In this document: piece by piece, positions 38,120 to 49,255 of the stretch
How the letters are laid out: every line of letters begins with the position of its first letter
Numbering within the stretch: the stretch's first letter is position 1
Assembly (NCBI GenBank): GCA_963676835.2
Contig: CAXXFF010000002.1
Coordinates: forward strand, 1,312,001 to 1,376,000
DNA length: 64,000 bases
Direction: 5' to 3'
From: Marispirochaeta sp.
GTDB taxonomy: Bacteria > Spirochaetota > Spirochaetia > JC444 > Marispirochaetaceae
Program-made: the position numbers and the translations under genes
The notes under the pieces: generated by a model
What the model saw: the letters and a program-made list of their open reading frames with translations, nothing else
What the model was told of the DNA's origin: nothing
The model's database searches: none

Positions 38120-39826
38120 TTATTGCGGGAACCAGATGCGTACCCTGCCTCCGGGAGCGTTGTCGATGCTGAATCGTCCCTGAAGCTGCTGGGTGAGGGT
38201 TTGAACAAGGATCATTCCAAGAGACTGCCTGTCGTTATCCTGAAAGTTTTCCGGAAAACCGGGCCCGTCATCCATAACCGTTAGCAGATTCTCCCCATCC
38301 TCCGAACGGAGAGTGAGGTCGAGATTGATAGGCTGTCCGGGAGTTCCTGCATATTTCACCGCATTGGTTATCAGTTCACTGATCATCAGTGCCAGAGGTA
38401 CTGCTTTGTCTATGGAAATTTCCATGGGCTCAACGGTATTTCTGATTCTGAGGTCGGGAAAGAATCCTCCGGTCATATTTGCCAGCCGGGGAAGGAATGC
38501 GCTCATTTCGACGGTTGCAAAAGAGTTGGCCAGATACATCATCTCATGAACACTTGATATGGCCAGAATGCGGTTTTCCAGTTGTCGGGCAAACTCCTGC
38601 AGGTCTGTGGTGTTGCTTTTTTCAAGATGCAGTATGCTGGTAATTATCTGCAGATTATTTTTTACCCTGTGGTGTATCTCTTTCAGAAGAATCTCTCGTT
38701 CTGACAGGGCTTCACTCAGCCGTTTTTCTGTTTCGTCTCTTTCTGTATTCCGTTTGTTCAGGATTTCCACCATGTTATCCATGGCCATCGCCACTTCCGT
38801 AATTTCCCTGGTTCCTCTCTTTATGCCTGTACGAACAGAGAGATTGCCCCGTTGAATTTCCGAAACAGTGGAGGTGAGAATCCTGAAGTTTCTTCCCACG
38901 GCGAGATGGCTTAAGATCCCGGCGATAAGAATGCTCAGTGCCGCCACTGCAGTAATAAGCGCCGTGTTCCTGTAGAGAATAAGCATGGCAGGTTTTTTTA
39001 CCGCTTCGTCTGGTATGCCTAGGACCATAGTCATGCAGGCGTCTGCCTCACCGGATATGTAGAGCCGTTTGTAGGTGTATGTTCTGGCAATCCCGTCTGA
39101 CCCGGTTGTGTGCAGGCTGCCGCTGTTTCCGTTATCCTGAAAATCCTGCCAGGCCGTCGCTTTAATCTTCTGCCCCACCTGATTTGTCTGTGTGTCCGGG
39201 TAGTAGAACAGGCGGATCCCATTGCGGTCGAGAATAGACATCATCGAATCGGACGGCAGATTCAACCGTTGGAAAAGAACGCTGTAACTGGAGAGCCGGT
39301 AGACGGCTGTCAAGACACCGATTACCTCTCCGCTGCTGCTGAGAACTGTCTGGGCATAACTGAAAGCCGGTTCCTGGTCTGTCCTGGTTAAAATGTATTC
39401 GCCAGTGGTAAACCCCATTCCGGAAAGAGCCTGTTTTACATGAAGCCGCTGGGAGAGATCGATACCGCTGGAAAGCCGTGAAGATGAACGTACAATACCT
39501 GCAGTGTCGGTAAAGGCAAAGTTGTTGTATTCGGGGTTCGCGTTAAGAATTTTCTGCAGTATCAGAGACTGGGCGGGGTAGTCACTATTCTGAAATACCG
39601 GCTGTACCGCCAGGGTGTTAAGAAGCTGGCGAACCGAGTCGGTTACGGTTGTCTGGGTCATGGAGAGGGTTTCAATCTGCCCTTTGGACGAGTCTCTCAT
39701 CCATTGCTCTTTGTCTACCGCATGGTCCCAGCCGGAAAAAATAATAATTCCCAGAGCCGGCAGTGTGGCTACTGCTGTAATCAGCAGAAAGAGAATCTGG
39801 AATGGAATATGTCTTTTTCTTTTCAT
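38120..39826 (-). CDS. Cache/HAMP sensor histidine kinase (HisKA_2 type)
   Basis: EIHHRVKNNLQII H-box, ELITNAVKYA, DDGPGF, SLGMILV; start uncertain. Confidence 0.88.
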   Translation of the reverse strand: MKRKRHIPFQILFLLITAVATLPALGIIIFSGWDHAVDKEQWMRDSSKGQIETLSMTQTTVTDSVRQLLNTLAVQPVFQNSDYPAQSLILQKILNANPEYNNFAFTDTAGIVRSSSRLSSGIDLSQRLHVKQALSGMGFTTGEYILTRTDQEPAFSYAQTVLSSSGEVIGVLTAVYRLSSYSVLFQRLNLPSDSMMSILDRNGIRLFYYPDTQTNQVGQKIKATAWQDFQDNGNSGSLHTTGSDGIARTYTYKRLYISGEADACMTMVLGIPDEAVKKPAMLILYRNTALITAVAALSILIAGILSHLAVGRNFRILTSTVSEIQRGNLSVRTGIKRGTREITEVAMAMDNMVEILNKRNTERDETEKRLSEALSEREILLKEIHHRVKNNLQIITSILHLEKSNTTDLQEFARQLENRILAISSVHEMMYLANSFATVEMSAFLPRLANMTGGFFPDLRIRNTVEPMEISIDKAVPLALMISELITNAVKYAGTPGQPINLDLTLRSEDGENLLTVMDDGPGFPENFQDNDRQSLGMILVQTLTQQLQGRFSIDNAPGGRVRIWFPQ

Positions 39827-39911
39827 ATTAACTCTTTCAGATACTGAGACGATACCATTAATTATAGAGAAAAAGTACAAATTGGAAAGATCCATCGGCT
39901 CTTTTCTCTGT

Positions 39912-41831
39912 TCACCCCAGAAAAAAAGTTGAGATCAGCGGAACGTAGGTAATCAGCAGAACCAGTATCAGCAAAATTAAAAAGAAGGGCAGAACGTTCC
40001 GGTAGATCTTCAGAAGCGGCTCTTCAAAGCGGTAGGATGCAAGAAAGAGATTAAGGCCTACAGGCGGCGTAAGGTAGCCAAGTTCAAGATTTGCCAGAAA
40101 AATTATTCCTAAATGCACCGGATGAATACCGAATACCTCTCCAAGGGGGGTAATCAGGGGGACCACAACAATAATTGCGGAAAAGATGTCCATCAGGCAG
40201 CCTGTAATCAGCAGCGCCAGGTTCAGCAGTATAAGAAAAACATATTTTGAGCTGATGTTGAGGGTAACCCAGTGGCTGAATCGCATGGGGATTTCCGCAT
40301 CTACCAGGTAATACGACAATCCTTTAGCCATAGCCATTATGATCAGAATCCCGCCGATTATAGAGATGCTTTTCATGCTGACAGCAATGAGGTCTTTAGG
40401 GTGAAGATCGCGGTGAATCAGGGTTTCGATAATCAGGGCAAAGACTGCTGCCAGAGCCGCCGTTTCCGCGATGGTGGTGATGCCCCGGAAATAGGCAACA
40501 AGAACTGTCAGCGGCAGGAAAATCTCCCAAACCGCTTCTTTGAGGGAGGTTGTTATCTCTTTTATGCTGAAGTCCCTGCGGGGCATACCCCGGTGGATGG
40601 CGGTAGCCACTCCGGCTGCCGAAAGTGCAGAAACCAGCAGCAGCCCCGGAAGCAGGCCGCCGACAAACATGTCCCGGATGCTTACCTGGGCGACTACGCC
40701 GTAGAGGATAATCGGCAGGCTCGGGGGAAAGAGCAGCCCGATACTGCCCGAGGCTGTGAGCAGGCCGGTGCTGAAATTCTTTGAGTATCCGCCGCTTTTG
40801 GTCAGCATAAAGGAGAGCAGGGCTCCCAGGGCCAGGATGGTCACCCCCGATGCTCCGGTAAAGGTGGTGAAAAATGCACTTACGGCTACGGCAAGAATGG
40901 CCAAGCCTCCGGGGAGCCATCCTAACAGTGCCTGAAAAAGCCGGACCAGCCGCTCTCCTGCCCTGCTTTCGGAGAGAACAAATCCTGCCAGGGTAAAGAG
41001 GGGGATCGCCGGCAGGCTGCTGCCTGTAAGAACCGTATAGGCTTCATTGGGAAGTATTTCCAGAGGTGCGCCTGCACCGGCAAACAGGAGGTATCCTATA
41101 CCTCCGAGAACGATAAATATGGGTATCCCCAGAAATGCTGCCACGGTCATTACAAGAATCAGGGGACCGGACACTACTGCCATTCCGGCATAATAGCTAT
41201 CGAGGAAGGAGTAAAAATCCATGGGCATATCCGGCCAGTAGAGGGAAAGGATATTTACGGCCGCTGGAAAAGCGAGGATGATACCCGGGATTATGGCTGT
41301 GCCGGCAAGTATTTTCCCCCTGTTTCCCGGTATGGAGCGGAGTGAGAAAAAGGCCATTCCAATAAAGCCTGCGGGCATGACCGCTGTAATAACCTGCACC
41401 GGGAAAATGCCTGTTCTGCTGTCCGGGTCGAAGCCCAGCAGAATAAACGAGAGTGCGGTGAGGGCAAAGGCGCTGATAAAGAGGACCGAGATGAAGCCTT
41501 CTGCGATGTTGAGAATGGAGGCTGTTCGCCCGCTTAGAAGATCAACCCCCGCACGCAGAGAGAGATGCTTGTCTTCTCTGGAGGTTATTACGCCACCCAG
41601 AAATGTTATCCAGAGCACCAGGTGATACATGTAGTCTGACGCTCCGGGAATGCCTGTGCTGAACAGCTTTCGAAGCAGAGTTTCCAGGAATGGAATAACA
41701 GTAAGAAGGAACAGAATAAGGATTGAGAGGATAGTCAAAAATGAATGATCTTCTCTGCCTGTTTCCCCCGGGCCGGGATTGTTATTCACTTTTTTTTGTG
41801 ACCTTATGCTGTTGATGGAAGGCTTATTCAT
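39912..41831 (-). CDS. TRAP transporter fused DctQ-DctM permease (TPAT system)
   Basis: AIPLFTLAG, FTTFTGASGVT, SGSIGLLFPPS, GYLTPPVGLNL. Confidence 0.9.
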   Translation of the reverse strand: MNKPSINSIRSQKKVNNNPGPGETGREDHSFLTILSILILFLLTVIPFLETLLRKLFSTGIPGASDYMYHLVLWITFLGGVITSREDKHLSLRAGVDLLSGRTASILNIAEGFISVLFISAFALTALSFILLGFDPDSRTGIFPVQVITAVMPAGFIGMAFFSLRSIPGNRGKILAGTAIIPGIILAFPAAVNILSLYWPDMPMDFYSFLDSYYAGMAVVSGPLILVMTVAAFLGIPIFIVLGGIGYLLFAGAGAPLEILPNEAYTVLTGSSLPAIPLFTLAGFVLSESRAGERLVRLFQALLGWLPGGLAILAVAVSAFFTTFTGASGVTILALGALLSFMLTKSGGYSKNFSTGLLTASGSIGLLFPPSLPIILYGVVAQVSIRDMFVGGLLPGLLLVSALSAAGVATAIHRGMPRRDFSIKEITTSLKEAVWEIFLPLTVLVAYFRGITTIAETAALAAVFALIIETLIHRDLHPKDLIAVSMKSISIIGGILIIMAMAKGLSYYLVDAEIPMRFSHWVTLNISSKYVFLILLNLALLITGCLMDIFSAIIVVVPLITPLGEVFGIHPVHLGIIFLANLELGYLTPPVGLNLFLASYRFEEPLLKIYRNVLPFFLILLILVLLITYVPLISTFFLG

Positions 41832-42828
41832 CTATGGTCCGGTATTGCTTCAAAATGTCTTGAATCTGCTCATAGAACTCCGGGGAGACGCTCTTTCCGA
41901 GCAGAAACTCAAGCCCCTTTGAGGCTTCACTCTGCCACAGCTTTTTATCTTCTTCCGATGCATGATGTATTACCAGACCATTATCTTGCATAATCTGAAT
42001 TGCGTCGGCTTCGAGTTGCAGTGTCTCATGAGTCAGCTTTTCCGTTTCTTCTCTGGCTATCCGGATCAGATCCTCCCGGTATTTGGCCGGAACCCTGTTC
42101 CATGTGCGGGTGGATATTACAATGCTTCCCAGGACCGGGCAGATAGGCAGGTCCAGCATGTTGTCGGCTATGCCGAAGATCTGATAGGCAGCAGCCCCCA
42201 CGGGAATTGTGTAGCATGCTTCAACCATTCCGCTGGAAAAAGCGGTAAGAATTTCATGAAAGGGTACCTGAACTATATCGTAGCCCAGATCCTTCCAGGC
42301 CTGTTCGTTGACCGGGTTCTCCTCCCCTCCGGCCATTTTGACTCGTTTCAACTCATCCGGACGGTAAACGGCTTCTCTGGTAAAGAAGTAGCTCCAACCA
42401 GCACTCGCCCAGGTAATAACCTTAAGGTTGTGATCCTCCATCTGTTCCATAAGCCGTGGTTCAAGATGCTCAAGAACATAGGCGAATTCAGCCTCATTCC
42501 GGAGTAGAAAGGGTACCGCAAGGGCCGTTATGTCCGGGACTACCCGCATCAGACCGATGCTGGAGAGGGCTGCCCCCTGCAGAGCATTGAAGTTCATTTT
42601 GCGGATCATATCCTGTTCCGCCCCGGCGATTCCTCCGGGGTATATCTTCATCTGGACCTCTCCCCCGGTGGCCTGCATCCATCCTGCGGCAATGGCCTTG
42701 AGGGTGTTGTCCCAGGGGGATCCGGCCGGTGTTGTGCTTCCCAGTTTAATAACCAGCGGTGCAGAAAAGAGTCCAATGGATAGAGATAGAAACAGAAGCC
42801 CGAATGAAGCTTTGCGGCGGATATTCAT
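41824..42828 (-). CDS. dctP: TRAP substrate-binding protein DctP (TatP-type)
   Basis: IKLGSTTPAGSPW, KIYPGGIAGAEQDMIRKM. Confidence 0.88.
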   Translation of the reverse strand: MNIRRKASFGLLFLSLSIGLFSAPLVIKLGSTTPAGSPWDNTLKAIAAGWMQATGGEVQMKIYPGGIAGAEQDMIRKMNFNALQGAALSSIGLMRVVPDITALAVPFLLRNEAEFAYVLEHLEPRLMEQMEDHNLKVITWASAGWSYFFTREAVYRPDELKRVKMAGGEENPVNEQAWKDLGYDIVQVPFHEILTAFSSGMVEACYTIPVGAAAYQIFGIADNMLDLPICPVLGSIVISTRTWNRVPAKYREDLIRIAREETEKLTHETLQLEADAIQIMQDNGLVIHHASEEDKKLWQSEASKGLEFLLGKSVSPEFYEQIQDILKQYRTIDE

Positions 42829-43769
42829 GGCTGAACCTCCTCGGATTCCGGTAAAAAGAGAAAGAAGTCATCTATATGCTCCAGATACCATTGTGCTTTG
42901 TTCTGGACAATGATATTTACCAGGCGGTTTTCCGGTGCCTCATCGGGATCAATCTCCAGAGCCTGATGGAGAAGTTTTTTAAACTCTTCCGGATTCTGAT
43001 TTCGGATAGAGAGACTTGATGCAAGCGATACAAAGGGTGATGCGTTTCTTCCTTCCGATAATGAGACGGCCCTGTCGAAATGGTCTCGTGCTTTTGATTC
43101 CCATTTTCCCGAAGCATCAGGGGGCATTGAGGCATACAGAAGCAGATAGAACTCATCAATAGCGCCCTGGTTGAAGTCGGGATCAAGTTCCCGGGCCCGG
43201 GCCAATATGGCTGCCGGCTTTTCTGCCTCTATGGTAAGGGAAATCCGGAACACATCTATGGAGATTGCCGCATACCAGCCTGCTGCGGTCCAGTAGAGTG
43301 GGGGAACATCGTCTTTGGTCATTTTGTTCAGGAAGTCGGGATAAGTCTCATCTTCAAGTGCCCTGCTGAATCCAGGATAGACTGTATCCAGGGACCGTAT
43401 GCAGTAATCTCTTCCGCGGAGGTACATGTTCCGTGCCCTGTTCATCATCATCTGCTGCTGAAGATACTCTTCCTGGGGAAGCATGGATGCCGGGGTCTGT
43501 ATGAAGGCGTTGGCATACATGATAAAACCGCTTCCCGCCGTGAGGAGGAGCGCTGTGTGGTCCGGTGTGTTCTCCAGAAGACTTTCGTAGAGTTTCAGGG
43601 TAAAGGGAAGCGCGTCAGCTATAAGCTGGGGGTCGTTGTCTCCGGTAAAAACGGTGCTGCCCGTAGGGGTTGAAAGGGTGTCTGCAAGGCCTTCAACTGC
43701 CAGTTTCTGTACAGAGCAGGAAGTGAAAATGAGGATTAAAACAGGTAAGGCAAAGTATTTGATCTTCAT
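42825..43769 (-). CDS. TRAP-associated TPR lipoprotein TatT
   Basis: FTS-C lipobox, DNDPQLIADALPFTLKLYESLL, YANAFI, LYWTA; upstream of dctP/dctQM. Confidence 0.85.
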   Translation of the reverse strand: MKIKYFALPVLILIFTSCSVQKLAVEGLADTLSTPTGSTVFTGDNDPQLIADALPFTLKLYESLLENTPDHTALLLTAGSGFIMYANAFIQTPASMLPQEEYLQQQMMMNRARNMYLRGRDYCIRSLDTVYPGFSRALEDETYPDFLNKMTKDDVPPLYWTAAGWYAAISIDVFRISLTIEAEKPAAILARARELDPDFNQGAIDEFYLLLYASMPPDASGKWESKARDHFDRAVSLSEGRNASPFVSLASSLSIRNQNPEEFKKLLHQALEIDPDEAPENRLVNIIVQNKAQWYLEHIDDFFLFLPESEEVQP

Positions 43770-43840
43770 TTACTGCCTTTCTCTGTTAAACTTAATCCTC
43801 CTGTTTTCTGTTGTCAAACAGTGGAGAGTGGAGCAGGTCT

Positions 43841-46800
43841 CTACAGCATTTCTTCGATGGCCTGAATGCGCTTGTCCAGCCGCTGGGGGCTTATTTTAAT
43901 CCTTGTTCCCAGCTCCTGGGCAAAGAGCTGCACTTTATACTCTTCCACTGCCCAGCGGTACTCTTTCAGTGCCGTTTTGCGGGCAAAGCTCTGTCCTCCG
44001 CTCTTCTTTGCATCATCCATGGCATCCTTGTACCAGACCAGGTAGGGTATAAGGCTTCCGGCCTTTTCTGCATCCGCAGCCGGATTTTCCGCGCCCCTCA
44101 TAATGCGGGTCTGCAGGGCTTTGAGAAAACGGGGAAGTTCCCGGATCTCATCTGCGCTGTAGCGTTGATAGTAGTCCCCGGGGATCAGGTTCTCCAGTTC
44201 TTTTCGCCGGGTGGAAAGGAAGCGCTTGAGCCCCGGACGGCGGCTCTCCTTCTCTTCGAGTCTGGCAAGGGTGGTCCGCACCTCGGTGTAGCATTCCAGA
44301 ACCCGGATGGCCGGGTGATACAGTTCTTTTACCGCAGTATAGAGCTCCGGCTTGATGGAGGCGGTGAACTGTTCATACTCCTCCCGGGTGCGAATATTTT
44401 GCTTGAATATGCGGGTGGTTATACATTCCCAAAGGCCCCGGTTGAAGGCATCCAGCCCGCCCAGGGGCAGAACCTTCATCTGGTCCTGCTTTGTCAGCAT
44501 AAATTCGTCCCTGAATGTTTTCAGAATATCCGCAAAGGAGCGGTATATCAGCCGGGCAAGGCCCTCCGGGTGCACTGCGGCGGCTTCATCGGCATTCAGA
44601 TAGAGCCGGAGGGCCACCCGCCCTTGTTCCGGAGTAAGAGCAGGAAAGGCCGGAAGCCCGTCGACACCCTCCACCCGTTCCGGTATCTCCTGAAAATCCC
44701 ATACGCGGATCTCCTCTATCTCCCAGGAATCCTTCAATTTTTCCAGGGAGCTTTCCAGATGCTTTGAAGGGCCGGTACTGGTGAGTACTTCACTGTCTCT
44801 GCCTTCGGTAAGCCTGCCGCCACGGGCATCCACAATGGTAAAACGCATCTTGAGGTGGGGAGGCAGGGAGTCTTCATCCCAGGCTGATTCCGGAATAAGC
44901 ATGCCGAACTCGCTGTTGATATACCTGCTTAAAGAGCTCGCCAGCCGTTCCGAGGTGGTCCGGGGCATATCCGCCGCGATTCTCGATGCTGTTTCCGCCA
45001 CCGGTGCCAGACGCCGGCGGAACTCTTTGGGCAGGGTCTTCATCATTGCTGTAAGTTTTTCTTCAAAAAGACCCGGTACCAGCCATTCAAAAACCGGGGT
45101 GGTCAAATCACGGCTGATTCTTTCGGGAATCAGGGCGGTTATACCGTCATCCGGTCTCTGGGGGTCGAAGACATATTCCAGCTGTATGCGGTGTCCGTTT
45201 ATCTCTGTTTCCGAGGGAAAGTGGGCAAGAACCTCTCCATCCGGGTTGTAGAGCATTATGTCGCCCCGGGTGAGTTCCAGCAGCTTCTGCCCTTTTTCCT
45301 GTTTATTAAGGAACAGTTCCAGGGATTTGAAGTCGAAAACCTCGGAAGGCAGCCGCTCCCGGTAGAAACGGAAGATTTCTTCATCGCCGCAGAAGATGTC
45401 TCTTCGCCTCAATTTCTCTTCCAGTCTCAGGACGCCCTGGATGGTATCCAGATTTCGTTTAAGTACCGGAAAGAGGCGGTGTATGCGGCGTTTGTCGTAG
45501 CGGCCGGGCATGATACCTTCCCGGATAAAGATATCCGAGGCCTCCACCGGCCGTATGGGTCCGTAGGGAACGGCTCTTCCTGCATCGATCAGCAGGCCGT
45601 AAAGCCGGACCTGCTCCACTGCACGGACTTCCATCTGTTTTTCCGCCCACTGGGCTCCATGATAGCTGTAGGTGCACTGCTGGGAAGCAATTCGTTCCAG
45701 CCAGCCGGGAAGAATCATGCCGCAGCCCCGGGCGTAGAGCCTGCTGGTGCGGACCATTTCCGCCGCAACCATCCAGGCGGGTCCTCTGCCGAAGAGCCCT
45801 GAGCCGGGGAAGATCATGGCTTCCCGGTTTTTCGCGGCGGTGTAGATATTCTTCTCTTTCTTCTCCGCTATATTGGAGAGCAGTCCTGTCAGAATGGACA
45901 CGTGCAGGGCTGTATACCAGGGAGAAGGCTCGCCTTTCTTGACTGGCTTCTGTGATGACTTTTCTGCTGTTTTCGGCAGAACCGGCTGCTTCAGCGAGTA
46001 TCCCTGCTCTTTGAGCAGGGAGGTGATCTGCAGGTGAATATCCCGCCACTCTTTCATGCGGCGGTAGCTCAGGTAGTTCTGCTTGCAGTATTTACGCATC
46101 TTGCCCTGGCTGCGGGTCTGGCGCCAGACATTGTGATACTCTTCCCAGATGTTCAGGGATGAGACAAAGTCGGAATCCTGGTCGAGATACTTTTCATGGA
46201 TCGAGTCAGCCTTGCTTTCCTCGTTCTGCGGACGTTCCCGGGGGTCCTGGATGGTCAGACCTGCCACAACAACTGCGGCATCCCGGAGAATATCCTGTTC
46301 TGCCGCCTCTATAAGCATGCGGGAAAAGCGTGGATCCAGGGGCAGACGGCTCATGAGCTGTCCATGGCGGGTCAGCTGGAGCTGGCCCCGGGTGGACTTT
46401 TTCAGGGCATCCAGTTCCCTCAGCATGCCGATACCGTCGTTCAGATGCCTGGTTGAGGGTTTATCGATAAAAGGGAACTTCTCAATATCTCCCAGGTTTA
46501 AGGAGACCATTCTGAGGATTATATCCGCCAGATTGTCCCGGAGTATCTCCGGTTTGGTAAACTCGTCCCTGCTTAAATAATCTTCCTCGGAATAGAGGCG
46601 GATGCACACTCCCGGGCGTACACGTCCGGCCCGGCCTTTACGCTGATCAGCGGATGAGCGGGCCACCGGCTGAATAGGCAGAGAGGTTGTGCGCGATGCG
46701 GGAGAATATGCGGAGATTCGGGCAAGGCCTGTATCTACAACATAGACGATGCCGGGTATGGTTATGGATGTTTCCGCCACGTTGGTGGCTACGACAACCT

Positions 46801-47833
46801 TCCGTCCCGGGCAGCTTGAGAAGATACGGCTCTGGGCGGCAGATGTGAGCCGGGCAAAGAGGGGAAGCACCGTAAGCGAGGGCAGAGAAGCGCGTTCAAT
46901 CAGTTCGCAGGTTTCCCGGATGTCCGCCTCGGTTGGCATGAATACCAGGATGTCGCCTTCTCTGCTGGTTCGGCAGATCTCTTCCACCGCCCCTGCTGCC
47001 TGTTCCACGTATGAGCCCTCTTCGCTGTTTCGCAGGGGATCGTCCCGGTAGATAATATCCACCGGATAGGTTCTTCCGGAAACTTCGAAGATAGGCGCAT
47101 TTCCGAAGGCCCGGGAAAATTTGGCTGTGTCGATTGTTGCTGAAGTTATTATCAGCTTCAGATCTCTACGCTTTTTCAGCAGGGTATTGAGATATCCAAG
47201 GATCAGATCGATATTAAGGCTGCGTTCGTGGGCTTCGTCAATAATCAGGGTGTCGTAACGGTTCAGGAAGCGGTCTCCCTGAGTTTCCGCCAGGAGTATC
47301 CCGTCGGTCATGAACTTTATGTAGGCGGCGCTGCTGCCCTTTTCCTGAAAGCGGATCTTGCTTGCCACCAGGCTGGTTTCGCCGCTGCCGGTATCTCCCA
47401 GTTCTTCGGCAACCCTGGAGGCAAGGCTGACGGCGGCTATCCGGCGGGGCTGGGTACAGCCTATCTGTCCGTCTACTCCGCGGCCTGCTTCGAGGCACAT
47501 CTTGGGAATCTGGGTGGATTTTCCCGAGCCGGTCTCCCCTGCCAGGATAATAACCTGGTTTTCTTTAATGGCCTGTACTATTTCATCCTTTCTGGAGGTG
47601 ATGGGGAGCTCTTCCGGGTAGCTCGGCACCGGGAGTTTTTCAAGGCGTATTCGGCGGAGTTCCACCGATTCGGCAATCTTTACCCCTGCTTCGGCGATCC
47701 TGCTTTCGTTGTTTTTGCAGGATTCCAGCTCCCTCCGCAGCCGGTGCCGGTCGGCTGCCATTGCATGATTCAGGAGAGAGCGCAGCTGCTGTATTGTTTG
47801 AGCCGGTTTATCCGGGGTACCTGTCTCTGTCAT
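43841..47833 (-). CDS. hrpA: ATP-dependent RNA helicase HrpA
   Basis: GETGSGKST, CTQPRR, DEAH, SAT, QRKGRAGR; long C-terminus ending EEYKVQLFAQELGT. Confidence 0.95.
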   Translation of the reverse strand: MTETGTPDKPAQTIQQLRSLLNHAMAADRHRLRRELESCKNNESRIAEAGVKIAESVELRRIRLEKLPVPSYPEELPITSRKDEIVQAIKENQVIILAGETGSGKSTQIPKMCLEAGRGVDGQIGCTQPRRIAAVSLASRVAEELGDTGSGETSLVASKIRFQEKGSSAAYIKFMTDGILLAETQGDRFLNRYDTLIIDEAHERSLNIDLILGYLNTLLKKRRDLKLIITSATIDTAKFSRAFGNAPIFEVSGRTYPVDIIYRDDPLRNSEEGSYVEQAAGAVEEICRTSREGDILVFMPTEADIRETCELIERASLPSLTVLPLFARLTSAAQSRIFSSCPGRKVVVATNVAETSITIPGIVYVVDTGLARISAYSPASRTTSLPIQPVARSSADQRKGRAGRVRPGVCIRLYSEEDYLSRDEFTKPEILRDNLADIILRMVSLNLGDIEKFPFIDKPSTRHLNDGIGMLRELDALKKSTRGQLQLTRHGQLMSRLPLDPRFSRMLIEAAEQDILRDAAVVVAGLTIQDPRERPQNEESKADSIHEKYLDQDSDFVSSLNIWEEYHNVWRQTRSQGKMRKYCKQNYLSYRRMKEWRDIHLQITSLLKEQGYSLKQPVLPKTAEKSSQKPVKKGEPSPWYTALHVSILTGLLSNIAEKKEKNIYTAAKNREAMIFPGSGLFGRGPAWMVAAEMVRTSRLYARGCGMILPGWLERIASQQCTYSYHGAQWAEKQMEVRAVEQVRLYGLLIDAGRAVPYGPIRPVEASDIFIREGIMPGRYDKRRIHRLFPVLKRNLDTIQGVLRLEEKLRRRDIFCGDEEIFRFYRERLPSEVFDFKSLELFLNKQEKGQKLLELTRGDIMLYNPDGEVLAHFPSETEINGHRIQLEYVFDPQRPDDGITALIPERISRDLTTPVFEWLVPGLFEEKLTAMMKTLPKEFRRRLAPVAETASRIAADMPRTTSERLASSLSRYINSEFGMLIPESAWDEDSLPPHLKMRFTIVDARGGRLTEGRDSEVLTSTGPSKHLESSLEKLKDSWEIEEIRVWDFQEIPERVEGVDGLPAFPALTPEQGRVALRLYLNADEAAAVHPEGLARLIYRSFADILKTFRDEFMLTKQDQMKVLPLGGLDAFNRGLWECITTRIFKQNIRTREEYEQFTASIKPELYTAVKELYHPAIRVLECYTEVRTTLARLEEKESRRPGLKRFLSTRRKELENLIPGDYYQRYSADEIRELPRFLKALQTRIMRGAENPAADAEKAGSLIPYLVWYKDAMDDAKKSGGQSFARKTALKEYRWAVEEYKVQLFAQELGTRIKISPQRLDKRIQAIEEML

Positions 47834-47886
47834 GGATGATCTACTAGAACAGCTTATGCAGGGCGGGTCAAGAGCCGCTGCCCGCT

Positions 47887-49146
47887 TCAGCGGGCATCAA
47901 GAACCGTCGGAGGACGATGCTGCCGGGGTTCTTTTACGGTAAGAAAAATTCCAAGGCTGACGGCCGATGCGGCAAGACAGGTCCAGAACAGGATTCTCAA
48001 ACCATAAATTTCAGAAAGCACTCCCAGGGGGATAATTACCAGGGAAGATATACCCACGACAAAACCCACAATACTGATATAGAGGGGGATCTCATGATCC
48101 TGTCCGAACTCCACCACTATGGCAGAATGGGAGACGTTATTGATACACAGGGTCAGGGCTCCCATGACTATGGCAACAAGGCCGGGAATATAGCTGTCGG
48201 TAAAGAGTACTGCCGCATTGCCTGCTATAAGGGCCACCGAGCTTATTACATGATTGATCAGATGGCCCCAGCGGTCTGCAAGAATCCCCAGAACAGGATT
48301 GGCCAGGATAAAGGTTGCGGCGGTCACAATGGTAAAAAGCCCTGCCTGGCTTTCGTGAAGAGAGTACCTGCGGATAAGGTGAAAAGCAAAATAGGAGTAG
48401 CTGGTAAAAGCCAGGGTTACAAAGACCCTGCCCCAGACATAGCGGCGGAAATCCTTGTCATTTTTCAGTATGCCCATAAGATGCATGAAGAATTCCCCGA
48501 AGGGTTCACTGGAAAACCGTATTCTCCGGCTCGGTGGTTCTTTATAGGCTCCCAGAGTGGGCAGATAGAACATCAGAAGAACAAAGCCGATGACCATGAG
48601 TACCGGAAAGTTTGCCGGAAAAGGGACTGCCTTGAGAATCCAGCTGATAAGCCCGCCGCAGAGGAGCCCGATGAGATAGCTTCCCAGGTTTCTCAGGGCA
48701 AAGAGCCTTCCTCTCAGGTCTCTGGGGATGGTTTTTACGGTCATGTCAAAAAAGGCGGATATGGCAAGTCCTGTGCCCGCCTGGGTTATAAACAGGGCGG
48801 TCATAAGATAGAAGATTACCAGGTTGGGGCGGGTACGGCCCATTGAATAGCCTATCAGCGCTGCGATAAGCCAGGGGATACGCTGGAAAAGTCCCATAAC
48901 AAGAATGTAGGGCTTTTTAAAGCGCATACTCTGAATGTAGCGGGCTACAAAGAGGGAGGGGAAGTACATGCCCAGATTTCTCAGTACCGGAATCAATGCA
49001 ATAACAAAAGCACCGCCGCCGAGCTTCTCTATGTAGACGGGCAGTATGCTTTCGGGAGAGATAAAGATCATACCGGCAAAATAGGATATGCCGTCCAGAG
49101 TGTTGAGGAGAAAGTTTCGTTTAAGATACCGTGACTGGATATCCAT
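47887..49146 (-). CDS. MFS transporter
   Basis: About 12 hydrophobic segments; RGRLFALR, GILADRWGH. Confidence 0.85.
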   Translation of the reverse strand: MDIQSRYLKRNFLLNTLDGISYFAGMIFISPESILPVYIEKLGGGAFVIALIPVLRNLGMYFPSLFVARYIQSMRFKKPYILVMGLFQRIPWLIAALIGYSMGRTRPNLVIFYLMTALFITQAGTGLAISAFFDMTVKTIPRDLRGRLFALRNLGSYLIGLLCGGLISWILKAVPFPANFPVLMVIGFVLLMFYLPTLGAYKEPPSRRIRFSSEPFGEFFMHLMGILKNDKDFRRYVWGRVFVTLAFTSYSYFAFHLIRRYSLHESQAGLFTIVTAATFILANPVLGILADRWGHLINHVISSVALIAGNAAVLFTDSYIPGLVAIVMGALTLCINNVSHSAIVVEFGQDHEIPLYISIVGFVVGISSLVIIPLGVLSEIYGLRILFWTCLAASAVSLGIFLTVKEPRQHRPPTVLDAR

Positions 49147-49255
49147 TCTATGTTCCCGGATCGCCTTTCAGTGGGGTGTTGAACATCATTGTAGCAGGAA
49201 GGACTCTCCTGTGAATAGTTCATCTGACGAAGGAAAACCATGGTAAAATCATTGT

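Noticed and set aside
43811..44767. Long antisense ORFs (e.g. 43811-44767, 47917-48846, 59709-60542, 62712-63533)
   Set aside because: Shadows of well-supported genes on the opposite strand; no motifs or RBS.
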